A stretch of 62,437 bases of DNA, filler included, from Planctomycetota bacterium (GTDB lineage: Bacteria; Planctomycetota; Planctomycetia; JALXBF01), in NCBI GenBank assembly GCA_026991575.1. It is 5 parts of 5 records of this genome, joined end to end, with 100 filler letters (N's around TTAATTAATTAA, not from the genome) between each part and the next. Parts side by side here need not be neighbours in the genome. Positions count along the whole stretch, not along the records: positions 1 to 25,753 come from JALXBF010000028.1; positions 25,854 to 51,058 come from JALXBF010000030.1; 3 more parts are not named here. One strand, given 5' to 3'. The translations under genes and the position numbers were made by a program. Below, in pieces: positions 20,140-29,568 of the stretch (its first letter is position 1; every line of letters begins with the position of its first letter). Below the pieces are notes generated by a model. The model saw nothing but the letters and a program-made list of their open reading frames with translations. It searched no databases and was not told the DNA's origin.

Positions 20140-21885
20140 ATGGCGGCAGCCATCGGGTCGCTGTGGCTTGCCGCAGTGGCTCCGAGCCTCCTCGTACACG
20201 CGCCGAACGTGGACGAGCCGGCCCACTTGATGTCGGCCCTCGCGATCTACCGTCTCTACCGATTTGACATCTACGGGGTAAATCCGCCATTGACGCGAAT
20301 CATCGGCGGGCTCGGAGCATCTAGGTTGGCCCCGGGAGACGGTGACCTCTGGCGAGATTGGACTCGGTATGTCGACCACCCGGGGGCGTACACCGTCTTC
20401 CCCCACGCCCTGTCAACATTTGCGGATCAGCTGCCACACTCGTTCGATTGGCTGCGGGCAGCTCGAGTGGTGCTTGCCGTTGTCACGGTGCTGGGACCGC
20501 TGGCCGTCTGGCTTTGGGCAACTACCGCGTACGGACCGTGGTCCGGCTTGCTGGCCACGGCCCTGTACGGCTTGAACCCCGAGTTGCTACACTGGTCGGG
20601 ATGCCTGAATGCGGACGGCCTTGCGGCCGCGATGGCCGCTGCCACGGGACTTGCGTACGCACTGTACGTGGACAGCCCAACCGTGGGCCGTGCTACTCAG
20701 ACCGGGGTTGTCCTGGGCCTGGCGCTGCTAACGAAGTACACGCTTCTGCTGCTCGCCGTGTTCGTGATCTGTTCGGAGCTCGCCTGGGCGCTGTGGTTGG
20801 CCTTGAGCCGTAAGCGGCACGAGGCACTGAGTCGGCTGTTCCATCTGATGTTCGTCGCCGGGATCGCCTGCTTTGTGGTCAATCTGGGGTACGGAGGCAC
20901 CGGCCACTGGCGCGCGCTGGGCGAGTACACGTTTCGCAGTGATCCTCTGGCAACGGTTCGTTCCATCGCCGTCGCAATGACGGGTGGTCTTGTGCAGGAA
21001 ATTCCCCTGCCGGTGCCGGACCTGTACATATACGGTCTGGACGTCCAGCTGCACGACACGGCCATCGCCCGTCCCACGTGGGTAGCCGGCCGCCTGCATC
21101 CACACGGCGTCAGCTACTTCTACCTCTATGGGTTACTGGTGAAGCTCCCGCTCGGCTTTTGGATCCTTGTCCTCTGGCGCGCGGCCCAGGCACTTCGCAG
21201 GCCGGGACTACGAGAGGGACGTGCTGTACTGTACCAACTCGTGCCGGGCTTGCTGATCCTTGGCATGCTGTCAACATTCTCCACCCTGACCGTCTTCCTG
21301 CGCTACGCGACGCCTGTTCTGCCGTTTCTGATCGTCTGGACCAGCGGTCTACTTGGTGCAGGTCGCCCTCGATTCACGCGACTGGCTGCCGTGGTGTGCC
21401 TGCTTGGCTGGCAGCTCTGGGCCGTCGCTAGCGCTGCGCCGCACTACCACGCTTACCTGAACGAGTTGGTTGGCGGACCTGCCGGCGGCTACCGCTACTT
21501 CGCCGGCCCGTCGGTTTCGTTCTACGAGGACTTCTTCGTCGTCCGGCGGCTGTGGCAGCAATACCGCAACAAGGGTGAGCCCGTGTTCGTGTCTTTCCGG
21601 GACGCGTGCCGCCTAACCAGCTACTGGCGGCTGGACGCTCCCAAGGTACCACCTCCCGAAGAGTTCGGCGATTCAGGCCCCCCTGTCGGATGGTACATCG
21701 TGGACCCGCACACCCTGGTGCAGCTCTATCCGGAAGCTCCAGAGACACGTTTTCTGCACTACATCCGCTATCTCAACCCGGTAAGGGTCGAAGGCTCCGT
21801 ACTCGTGTATCATGTGACCAAAGAAGACGCGGCCAGAATAGCTCGGCTACTCGGAAGCGGGAACCAGTCATCCCCGGAGAGGTGA
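20140..21885 (+). CDS. GT-C fold glycosyltransferase (PMT_2/ArnT/GT39-like)
   Basis: NVDEPAHL, VNPPL, GLALLTKYT, YFYLYGLLVKLP, RY..P.LPFL, YLNELVGGP; multiple TM helices; start may be as early as 19984. Confidence 0.85.
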   Translation: MAAAIGSLWLAAVAPSLLVHAPNVDEPAHLMSALAIYRLYRFDIYGVNPPLTRIIGGLGASRLAPGDGDLWRDWTRYVDHPGAYTVFPHALSTFADQLPHSFDWLRAARVVLAVVTVLGPLAVWLWATTAYGPWSGLLATALYGLNPELLHWSGCLNADGLAAAMAAATGLAYALYVDSPTVGRATQTGVVLGLALLTKYTLLLLAVFVICSELAWALWLALSRKRHEALSRLFHLMFVAGIACFVVNLGYGGTGHWRALGEYTFRSDPLATVRSIAVAMTGGLVQEIPLPVPDLYIYGLDVQLHDTAIARPTWVAGRLHPHGVSYFYLYGLLVKLPLGFWILVLWRAAQALRRPGLREGRAVLYQLVPGLLILGMLSTFSTLTVFLRYATPVLPFLIVWTSGLLGAGRPRFTRLAAVVCLLGWQLWAVASAAPHYHAYLNELVGGPAGGYRYFAGPSVSFYEDFFVVRRLWQQYRNKGEPVFVSFRDACRLTSYWRLDAPKVPPPEEFGDSGPPVGWYIVDPHTLVQLYPEAPETRFLHYIRYLNPVRVEGSVLVYHVTKEDAARIARLLGSGNQSSPER

Positions 21886-21886
21886 C

Positions 21887-22375
21887 ATGGCAAGGAAACA
21901 CGTGATGGCCGTGGCCCCGACGTGGTTCGTGTTCCTGGCGGTGGGGGTGTTGCTTGCCGGTACGGTCGTCCTGGTACGCTTGGAGGGAACCCCAGTCGTT
22001 TTCGAACCACCGGAGCCGCGCGTAGAGGACGCGACGGCAGGGACACGAGTCAAAGTGCCGCTGGGCATTCGCAATGTGAGCACGAGAGAAGTGACCATCG
22101 TAGGGGCGCACAGGGGGTGAGGAATCCGCCTGGTTAGCAGCGTGCCGGTCCGGCTCGCTCCAGGTCAGACGACCAACGTGGTTTTCGAGGTCCTTGCTCC
22201 ACGCGCGGGCAAGACATTCGTGTACCCGATGATGCTGTGCGTGAACGATGGACGCGCCCTTTATCTACTGCAGGGGCAGATTACCATAAGCAGCCGACAG
22301 GAAGAACCCAAGCAAACCGATGGATCGGCACGGGAATCGTCGCACGCGGCGGATGCGCCTGATCACCCGTCATGA
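21887..22375 (+). CDS. Membrane-anchored DUF1573-like (Ig-like) protein with in-frame TGA at codon 78; candidate selenoprotein, otherwise a pseudogene
   Basis: ORFs 21887-22120 and 22142-22375 are in the same frame, joined by TGA plus 7 sense codons: IRNVSTREVTIVGAHRG*GIRLVSSVPVRLAPGQ. Confidence 0.6.
22128..22165 (+). promoter_or_regulatory. Candidate bacterial SECIS hairpin
   Basis: CCTGG(22129-33)/CCAGG(22160-64), AGCG/CGCT and GCC/GGC stems with apical GGTCC loop 27 nt after the TGA. Confidence 0.5.
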
Positions 22376-23053
22376 TCGCGCCGCAATCAGCCCAACTGGG
22401 TGACCGAGAGGACCATGCCTACACCAATTGCCCTGGTCTGGCCGCAAGCGGAGTTCGAACCAGACTGAATCCAACTTGCGGGCCTGATGTCTGCGGGTAG
22501 CGCCAACCTGTATCTTGACAACGCATGTATTCCGCCGCGCGCCGGGAAGCCGCCAGGGAAAGTGCAGCCTGTGACTCTGGCTCGCGGTCAACGTCTGGAG
22601 AGCTGCTGCGCATGCCCAGTAGCTAAAGGGCACTTCCCTGCTGAGAGGTTAGCAAGGTGTCTAGCCAGAACCTCCGATCCGGACTTTGCCGCGCGTGCAC
22701 ACGGGCGCGTCCCAGGCTTGCCAGCTCGTCCACGAATGACGGAGAAGGACCGACCGGCTGCCCATCCACCGCACGCTCGTGTGCCTCCTTGCTGCGTGCC
22801 CTCTGCGGTCGCGGGGGAGTCACGCTGCACCGCTGCGGTATAGCCGATTCGCAGTCGCAATCCGCGAACAACAGCGGCATGCACGCTGATCCATGCGATC
22901 ACGCAACTGGGCAGCCGGACAGAGAACGGCACCGGCCCCCACTCTACGAAGCGTCACCATAGCGTCGGTCGGACGACCTCAGGCCTGGCTAACGCAGGAC
23001 GTACGACACAGCGGTCAACTGGGGGGCCACCCTGGTGCCAGTTCGGTTTCGGA

Positions 23054-23878
23054 TCACTGGTCGCCATTTGAGCCGACGCGCCGTTGTCTACTGGAGCGCA
23101 ACCCGAGAGCCGTTAGGGCAACACCACAAATCAATGAGCCCATTGTCGCCGGCTCAGGCGTCGGATGACTCCAGAATCGCACGTCGTCAATCACTGCATT
23201 CAAATACTGTCCATCACGCCGCGCACCGATCCATGGTCCTATTGAGGTGCGAAGCCCGGGCTCGCCGTTGAACGGCCCGGTAACCTCTTTCACCAGTGTA
23301 CCGTTGAGCCACACCCGGTTGAACTGCTGATACTTGTACTCGATCTCCAGAAATACCCACGTATTCAGAGGAATGGTTCCACCCCATATCTCTGTGTGGC
23401 CGGTCCCGCTCTCCTGCCAGATACTTGATCCGGCCGCGCCACTGTCATACACGTACATCCCATATGCCCAGGTCCCACTCGGTTCGGTTGGCGGTCCACC
23501 CAGCGAGACGACTGGCTGTCTGGCTTGCGGGTGCCCATCGGTATTCACTGCCAGCACCTTGATCCACGCCGATATACGGATCACGCCCGTGTAGTACGCC
23601 GTGCCGGGAACATGCGTGGAAAACCACTCGCTGGCGGGCAACTCCACGTAGTCGTTAATCCCGTCGAAGAGCAGCGCTCCAGCCGGGTTGCCGAACCGGT
23701 CAGTCGCGGGAACCGCGCCCGAGATGGTGCCATGCAACCCGTTGGGCCCCGCATCGTTGGCGTTTCCGTCCATCGGGTAGTACGCTATAAGTCCCCCACT
23801 GGCGCTGTCTGCCGGGCCCAGCACGGCAACCAGTGCGGCAATCATGACAAAGGTGATGTGGTTTGCCCACCGCATCAA
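23054..23878 (-). CDS. PEP-CTERM-sorted LamG/concanavalin-A-like protein
   Basis: Signal peptide; GLIAYYPMDGNAND..TDRFG..ALLFDG..IDDVRFW LamG pattern; C-terminal TPEPATMGSLICGVALTALGLRSSRQRR; GGAGG RBS. Confidence 0.88.
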   Translation of the reverse strand: MMRWANHITFVMIAALVAVLGPADSASGGLIAYYPMDGNANDAGPNGLHGTISGAVPATDRFGNPAGALLFDGINDYVELPASEWFSTHVPGTAYYTGVIRISAWIKVLAVNTDGHPQARQPVVSLGGPPTEPSGTWAYGMYVYDSGAAGSSIWQESGTGHTEIWGGTIPLNTWVFLEIEYKYQQFNRVWLNGTLVKEVTGPFNGEPGLRTSIGPWIGARRDGQYLNAVIDDVRFWSHPTPEPATMGSLICGVALTALGLRSSRQRRVGSNGDQ

Positions 23879-24452
23879 GACACCTCCTCAACACACGCCA
23901 ATTTAGCACGCTGTGGAGATCAAAGCGCACCCGCATCCCTGCGGTCTCGGGTTCACCACCACAGGGACCAGATCCGGCGCCTCCGCAAACGACACCCCCA
24001 TGGCGGCAGGACAGTACAGCAATAGCATACTGGAGCCGTGCCACCGCGTCAACCACTGCGCCTAGAGGCTCGGGGCACGACGGCCGGAGCAGTGCAGGCA
24101 TCCGGTTGGGACGGTGGCCTCGATGAGTCGGCCGTTTTGAGCGCACGCCCCACGGAGGTCGCCCTGGTCCCAAGGAGAGCACGGACTCAGTCCGCTTGCG
24201 ACTCACCTTCAACCCGAACAAGCTGCTATCTGTACTGCCTCCTTCCGCACAATGTGAAGTGCGTCACCCGTGGTGAGGGGCCGAGCCTGATCCTAACGCC
24301 CCCCCGCTACGCGAATACCGTCAATTGGGAATCCCCTGCTGGGGCACACCTGCAGAACGTGTTGCCGGGCCAGAAGAAGTGCGGTACGAGCCTGCACCAG
24401 GCCAGGTGGTTCGCCGGAGGCGGAGTCCGGGACCTGGCGCACGGACCGGGAG

Positions 24453-25753
24453 TTACCGCTCGTCTATGCGATAGATTCGCACGGCGGGCGTCACATAGTG
24501 AACCGGGTCGACTGATCGCAGGTGTGCGTAGGGGCTGTCGAGTTCATAAAGCGCGCGGACGAAAACGGCGTAGGTGCCGGTAAGCCGTCGGCTGAGGTGG
24601 GCCTGGCCGGATGAGCGGCTAGGATCGACCGGCAGCGTTCCTTGCTCCAGCCCAGCTGCTTTCAACAGGTGACGGGCAAATAGGTTGCTGTACACAATCC
24701 CGTCTAGCTTGACGTTGGGATGACGCTCCAGCCATCGTTTCAGCGCTAGCAGATCCTGGCCCCAGTCGATGTTGCTGTCCAACAGGTGCTTGTGGCCGTT
24801 GTACGCACCGCCGCTCGGATAGTTGAAGAACGACTCAGAGTGCGGTAATTGGCTCAAGCTGGCCGCAATGCCCAGCAGGAGTGCGAGGCAGGCCGTTGCG
24901 GTAAGCAGTCGACCTGCCGTGCGCCGCCTTGTTGGTGGCACCAGCGCCGTGCAGGAGAAAAGGTAAAGCAGCGGCAGGGCCGGCAGCACGTAGCGGTAAT
25001 GGTGGCTGAAGCCGCGCTGCGTGCTGACGACGCCGAAAACAAATGCCGCCGTGCCCAGGACGACCCACGTCCAGAACTGCCTGGGGCGCAACGCAAGTGA
25101 CACGACCGCGACGGCAAACAGGACAAGGTACCCGGCCGGCTCCTTGACAAGGGCCGCGTAGGCGTAGTACACATACCAGCCACCTTTCCGCCACCTGCCC
25201 GCCATGTACGACCAGAACCCCTGCTCGAAGTCGACCCGCTGTCGATCAATGCCGAGCACGTAGTCCTCGGGCAGTGGAACGGGGATGTGTTCGAGCAGGG
25301 TCCCGCGGAAGCGATTTCCGGGTGCTTCGATGGACGCGCTCGGTCCACCCAACAGTTGGGAACGGAACGGGAATGCCCCCAGAGGGCGTGCCAGACCACG
25401 GAAACCGTAGCTGGCGGCGATGACGGTAAGCGAGACGACCGCGGCAAGGGCAAGCTGCCCACACACCGCCCGTAGTCGATGCTGTCGTCTGCCGAGCAGC
25501 CAGGCAGCGGCAGTCAGCGGCGGCACCAGAAGCAGGCAGGTGAACTTGCTGGCGCACGCCAGCCCCAGTGCCCCGCCGAACGCTGCTGCCCCGGCCCACG
25601 TGGGACGTTCGCACCAGAGAGCAAAAACGAGGACCGTGGTCGCGGCGAAAGCCGCGGCACACGCATCAGGTACCAGAAGGGCACTGTAGGCGAGCACCGT
25701 GGGGGAAAAACAATACATCGCGGCCGCAGCCAGCCCCACACGCGCGCCCCAGT
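24453..25753 (-). CDS. Second GT-C (PMT_2/ArnT-like) glycosyltransferase, 5' end truncated by the contig end
   Basis: GLACASKFT, PLPEDYVLGID, GWYVYY..LVKEP, RYVLP.LP, LLDSNIDWGQDL. Confidence 0.85.
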
Positions 25754-25853
25754 NNNNNNNNNNNNNNNNNNNNNNNNNNNNNNNNNNNNNNNNNNNNTTA
25801 ATTAATTAANNNNNNNNNNNNNNNNNNNNNNNNNNNNNNNNNNNNNNNNNNNN
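25754..25853. other. Artificial contig linker
   Basis: N-run, TTAATTAATTAA (stops in all frames), N-run; identical at four positions. Confidence 0.97.
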
Positions 25854-26304
25854 CGATCATCTCCCGGTTCTCGCTGTCCCCTCGACCCGAATACACCGCC
25901 AACAAAGCCAGATCCAGCGGCGTCAGACGACCATGCTCCACGGCCGTTGCCAGCACTGCCATGTACCCAGGACGCAGCACCCCTGCCGGATCACTATGAT
26001 CCTTCACCCGACCCAACCCCTCCAGACGCCGCGCCCACGGCTCCGACACGTCCGTCTGGTCTACTGCTACCAGTACCTGCTCGGGTAAGTGTTTCAACAC
26101 CTGCTCCCTCTGCCGGTCAATCACCAGGTCGATGTACAGCTTCGGCACGCGATCACTTACCTGCTGCCGAAGCAGACGGGAGGCTCAGCTCCCCAGCTGC
26201 ATGAACTCCTCATGGCTCAACGGAGCGTGCACGCGCAACGCACGGGTCAGGTGACCTGCACCGCCCGATCCAGACCAACCACCAAGTTCGGTATCAGCCA
26301 ACAT
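25854..26304 (-). mobile_element. Degenerate IS4-like DDE transposase N-terminus, cut by the contig end
   Basis: GGAGG RBS and ATG at 26304; in-frame TGA at 26185-26187; VAVDQTDVSEPWARRLEGLGRVKDHS..PGY resembles the first catalytic Asp region of IS4-superfamily transposases. Confidence 0.6.
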
Positions 26305-26492
26305 GCCTCCTTCCTCAGAATCGCCCTCGCCAGATCAGCCGCGAACTGCCGCAATTCGTTGCAACAAGCATCCGAAAATCACCAGTCGTCTCTTGGCATT
26401 GGTCGCCTCCGGGCCGTCGGTTGCCTTTTCTTAACCCTGGGGCACGACGGGGGTGCTTCTTGTGCAAAATCGCTTCATCGGTGAACTCCAGG

Positions 26493-27290
26493 CTACTGTC
26501 GCACAGCGTTCGGTCTGACCAGGTGCTCGACTGCATCCACGACGAGAGCTCAGGCGAGGAGGCCTGGGCCACGTACTGGACTCGGTTCATTCAGCAACAG
26601 GCTCGGCAACCCGCCTGTGCCGTCTACATCACCGAGATGTGGGACGCATGGGATCTGCACCATTTCCGGCACCGCAGGACACTCGATCACCGGCAACCGT
26701 ACGGTGTCGGTGATGTGTCGCAGAACAGCCACCAGAAAGGCCAGCTCAACGGGAACCGCCGCCGCTGGGCGCGCTGCTAACGGATGCGTATCGCACCGGG
26801 CCCGATGAACACGGTGAAGTGTTCGGGGCCGACGGCGGCCGATTCGGCGACGCACGGGGCGACATCGAACGCTGGTGGCGGTCCTTGGTGGGGCGGCCGC
26901 AGTGGTTCATTCTCACCGCCCCCCCTACTGCCTGGGACTGAGCGAACCGGCCCGCGCATGGATCCGTACGGCACGCATGGTGGAGCCGCTCGTGCCTTTC
27001 CGACAACTCGAATCACTGCTCCGCTTGTTGGAGGATCGCGCGGCGAGCGAAGCGCACCTGGCGACCTGGCCCGGCAGGCCCACGTGATCGACTTGCCCGG
27101 TGGCGGCTCCGTTCAGCCGGATCTCACTCACCAGTCGGGCCGCTATGAGCTACACTGGTTCAACGTACAGAAGGCAAACGCCTTGCCCGGCCCTGCGGGC
27201 GAGGGGGGCAAGGAGGCGCTCCTGCAACCAGCCGGCAGAGGCCACGGGGTTAGTGGGCTGCTGGGGGCGCGCGGGGCCGATGAGGGCTAG
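26493..27290 (+). pseudogene. 5'-truncated, multiply frameshifted remnant of a conserved glycoside-hydrolase-like protein
   Basis: Conserved-looking segments switch frame: DESSGEEAWATYW..TEMWDAWDL..DVSQNSHQKG / PMNTVK / FGADGGRFG..IERWWR / HRPPYCLGLSE / LHWFNV. Confidence 0.55.
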
Positions 27291-27327
27291 GCCCCTAGCG
27301 GGCCGCGTGCGAATGCCGGATCGAGCA

Positions 27328-28086
27328 ATGGCTGGCTTGTGCCTGAATATCTTCGTCAGTGTCCAGACGGTTGCTGAGGCCCGTGTGGCGGCCCGCTACC
27401 CGTGTATCGTCGATGTCAAGAATCCGCGACGCGGCAGTCTGGGAGCGCCCTCCTCGCGACAGCTGTCGCTGGTGGAGGCGGTGGTGCGGCCGAAACAGCG
27501 ACCGATGAGTGTTGCGCTGGGCGATGGTCCCCCATGGCAGACTTCCGACGGCGTGCCCGTCGACCAGTTGGTGGCGCTGGCGGACGTGCAGTTCGTGAAG
27601 CTGGGCCTGGCCGGCGTGGTCGAGCTATGCACCTCGCTAGAGCTCTTTGATCTGGTGTGCGAAGCGATCATACGGATCCGGCGGGCCAATCGGCATGTTG
27701 CTGTGGTGCTCGGAACCTTTGCTGACTACCATCGTTGTGCCGCTCCGCCGCCGGCGGAACTCATCGACCTGGCCGCCTACAGCGGGGCCGACGGGGTGCT
27801 GGTGGACACGTATGAGAAGCGGGCGAATGAGTCGCTGTTTACGCACATGCCATGGCGCGAGCTGCAGCGGTTGCGCCATCGCTGTGCCCTGCATGCACTT
27901 CGCTTTGCCGTGGCCGGGAACCTGCAGCCAGGCCACGTCTTCTTGCTCAAGAACGTCCAACCCCACTATGTTGGCTTTCGCTCAGCGCTGACCCGGGCCG
28001 GTTCGCGCCGCAGCACACTGGACGAACGCAAGCTTGCTGCTCTGTGTGACATGTTGCTGGCTGCGCGGCAGGTCGTTCGCGCCTGA
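27328..28086 (+). CDS. mfnB: (5-formylfuran-3-yl)methyl phosphate synthase (DUF556, methanofuran synthesis)
   Basis: VSV..VAEA, IVDVKNPRRGSLGA, SVALGD, VKLGL, LVDTYEK, AG.L, GFRSA. Confidence 0.85.
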   Translation: MAGLCLNIFVSVQTVAEARVAARYPCIVDVKNPRRGSLGAPSSRQLSLVEAVVRPKQRPMSVALGDGPPWQTSDGVPVDQLVALADVQFVKLGLAGVVELCTSLELFDLVCEAIIRIRRANRHVAVVLGTFADYHRCAAPPPAELIDLAAYSGADGVLVDTYEKRANESLFTHMPWRELQRLRHRCALHALRFAVAGNLQPGHVFLLKNVQPHYVGFRSALTRAGSRRSTLDERKLAALCDMLLAARQVVRA

Positions 28087-28318
28087 TCCGCCGACCGGGC
28101 AGAGCGCTTCTGGGGAGGGTTGATCGGTGGCCGAGCCGGCGACTGTGCGGCTTGGGACAGCTGGCGCGCGCACCGGCGCGCGCAACGAGCACAAGTGGCC
28201 GGGAACCGATCCGCCTGTAGCACCGCTCACGGCCTCCGACGCCCCATGGCACGCTGATTGCTTTGGGCGTGAGGCTGTGCCTGGACATGTCTGCTTGGGT
28301 TGGGTCACGCAAGTAACT

Positions 28319-29122
28319 ATGGATCAAACGGCGCGCCATAAAGAGCAACAACGGGCTGCGAGCTCACCGCCGCTTCGACCGATCGAGGCCACCGACCGGC
28401 TTGCGATGATCGGCCAGGTGGCGAGCGGACTGGCCCACGAGCTGAATACGCCGCTTGCCTGCGTGGCCGCCCACGCCGAAGAGGCCATCGAGCTGCTGGA
28501 GCGGGCCGTGCTGCACCACGTGCCCGAGGAACTGGCCACCGAGCTACGCATGCACCTGTTGGCCATCGTGCGCCATTCTGGCCGCTGCGCCCGCATTCTC
28601 CATCAGTTGCTCCAGTTTGCCCGGCCCTCCGGCCGACTCAGCGGCCACGCTGCGCTGCCGCAGGTGGTCACCGACGTGGTCGAGCTGCTCCGGCCGCTGG
28701 CCGATAGCAAGGCTGTCGGACTCCAGCTGGATGTCCCCCGGCACCTACCGCCGCTGGCCATCGCACCGGCCGATCTGGAACAACTGCTCGCAAACCTGAT
28801 CCACAACGCCATCGACGCCTGCGGTCACGGCGGCCTGGTTACGATTTCGGCCAGCCAACAAGACGATATGGTCCAAGTGATCGTGGCCGACAACGGCTGC
28901 GGTATTCCCGAGGAGAACCTGGCACGCGTGTTCGAGCCGTTCTTTACGACGAAGCCGGAGGGAAAAGGCTCAGGTCTAGGCCTGAGCGTCTGTCATGGCA
29001 TCGTGCGCGCGGTCGCTGGCGACATTCGCATCGAGAGCACGGAGGGCGCTGGTACGAAGGTCTTTGTGAAGCTGCCGGTTTCCTTTACCGCCGACGTTGT
29101 GAAGCGAGCGGCCGATCAGTGA
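28319..29122 (+). CDS. Sensor-less histidine kinase (HisKA + HATPase)
   Basis: [11 protein letters not shown]-box, [10 protein letters not shown]-box, [20 protein letters not shown]. Confidence 0.9.
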   Translation: MDQTARHKEQQRAASSPPLRPIEATDRLAMIGQVASGLAHELNTPLACVAAHAEEAIELLERAVLHHVPEELATELRMHLLAIVRHSGRCARILHQLLQFARPSGRLSGHAALPQVVTDVVELLRPLADSKAVGLQLDVPRHLPPLAIAPADLEQLLANLIHNAIDACGHGGLVTISASQQDDMVQVIVADNGCGIPEENLARVFEPFFTTKPEGKGSGLGLSVCHGIVRAVAGDIRIESTEGAGTKVFVKLPVSFTADVVKRAADQ

Positions 29123-29565
29123 GCACACTGCGGACCGTGTTGCTCACCTTCGCGCGGCGCCGGCGATTCGGTTGCCTGCGGGCCACGCACGCGTGCAGCC
29201 AGAGCGGCCTGAAGCACTTTCAGCGGCAGCAGAGCGCAGCGCATCCGCACCGGCGTCAGCTCAATGCCCACCAGCTCCAGGACCTTCTTCAGATCCCAAC
29301 GGCGCACCTCCTCACGCGACTTGCCGGCCGCCTCCTCGCAGACCAACGACGCACTCGCCTGGCTAATCACACACCCCTCACCATCGAACCGAATGTCGGC
29401 GATCCGGTCGTCCTCGAACTTCACCTCGACGCGGACACGGTCCCCGCACAGCGGGTTCTCGTCTTCGAAGACCACATCCGGATCTTCCAGGTGGCCCCGC
29501 CGAGGCGAAGAGTAGTAATGATCCAGGAGCTCTTCGGCGTAGACGTCCTCTTCCCAACTGCTCAA
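29116..29565 (-). CDS. sufU: SufU/IscU Fe-S scaffold
   Basis: LLDHY, NPLCGD, GCVISQAS, RMRCALL; downstream of sufS. Confidence 0.92.
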   Translation of the reverse strand: MSSWEEDVYAEELLDHYYSSPRRGHLEDPDVVFEDENPLCGDRVRVEVKFEDDRIADIRFDGEGCVISQASASLVCEEAAGKSREEVRRWDLKKVLELVGIELTPVRMRCALLPLKVLQAALAARVRGPQATESPAPREGEQHGPQCAH

Positions 29566-29568
29566 TGT

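Noticed and set aside
22530..22690. Riboswitch-like words (GGGAA, AGCCAGAA, GGAGAG)
   Set aside because: Could not assemble a cobalamin or glycine riboswitch fold, and no suitable gene lies downstream on that strand
25754..25853. TTAATTAATTAA palindrome repeated four times within N-runs
   Set aside because: Identical 100-nt artificial contig spacer; not biological, and ORFs spanning it are artefacts
26185..26187. In-frame TGA in the transposase as a second selenocysteine
   Set aside because: No Cys or redox context, no convincing hairpin seen, and it lies in a decayed element; a nonsense mutation is simpler
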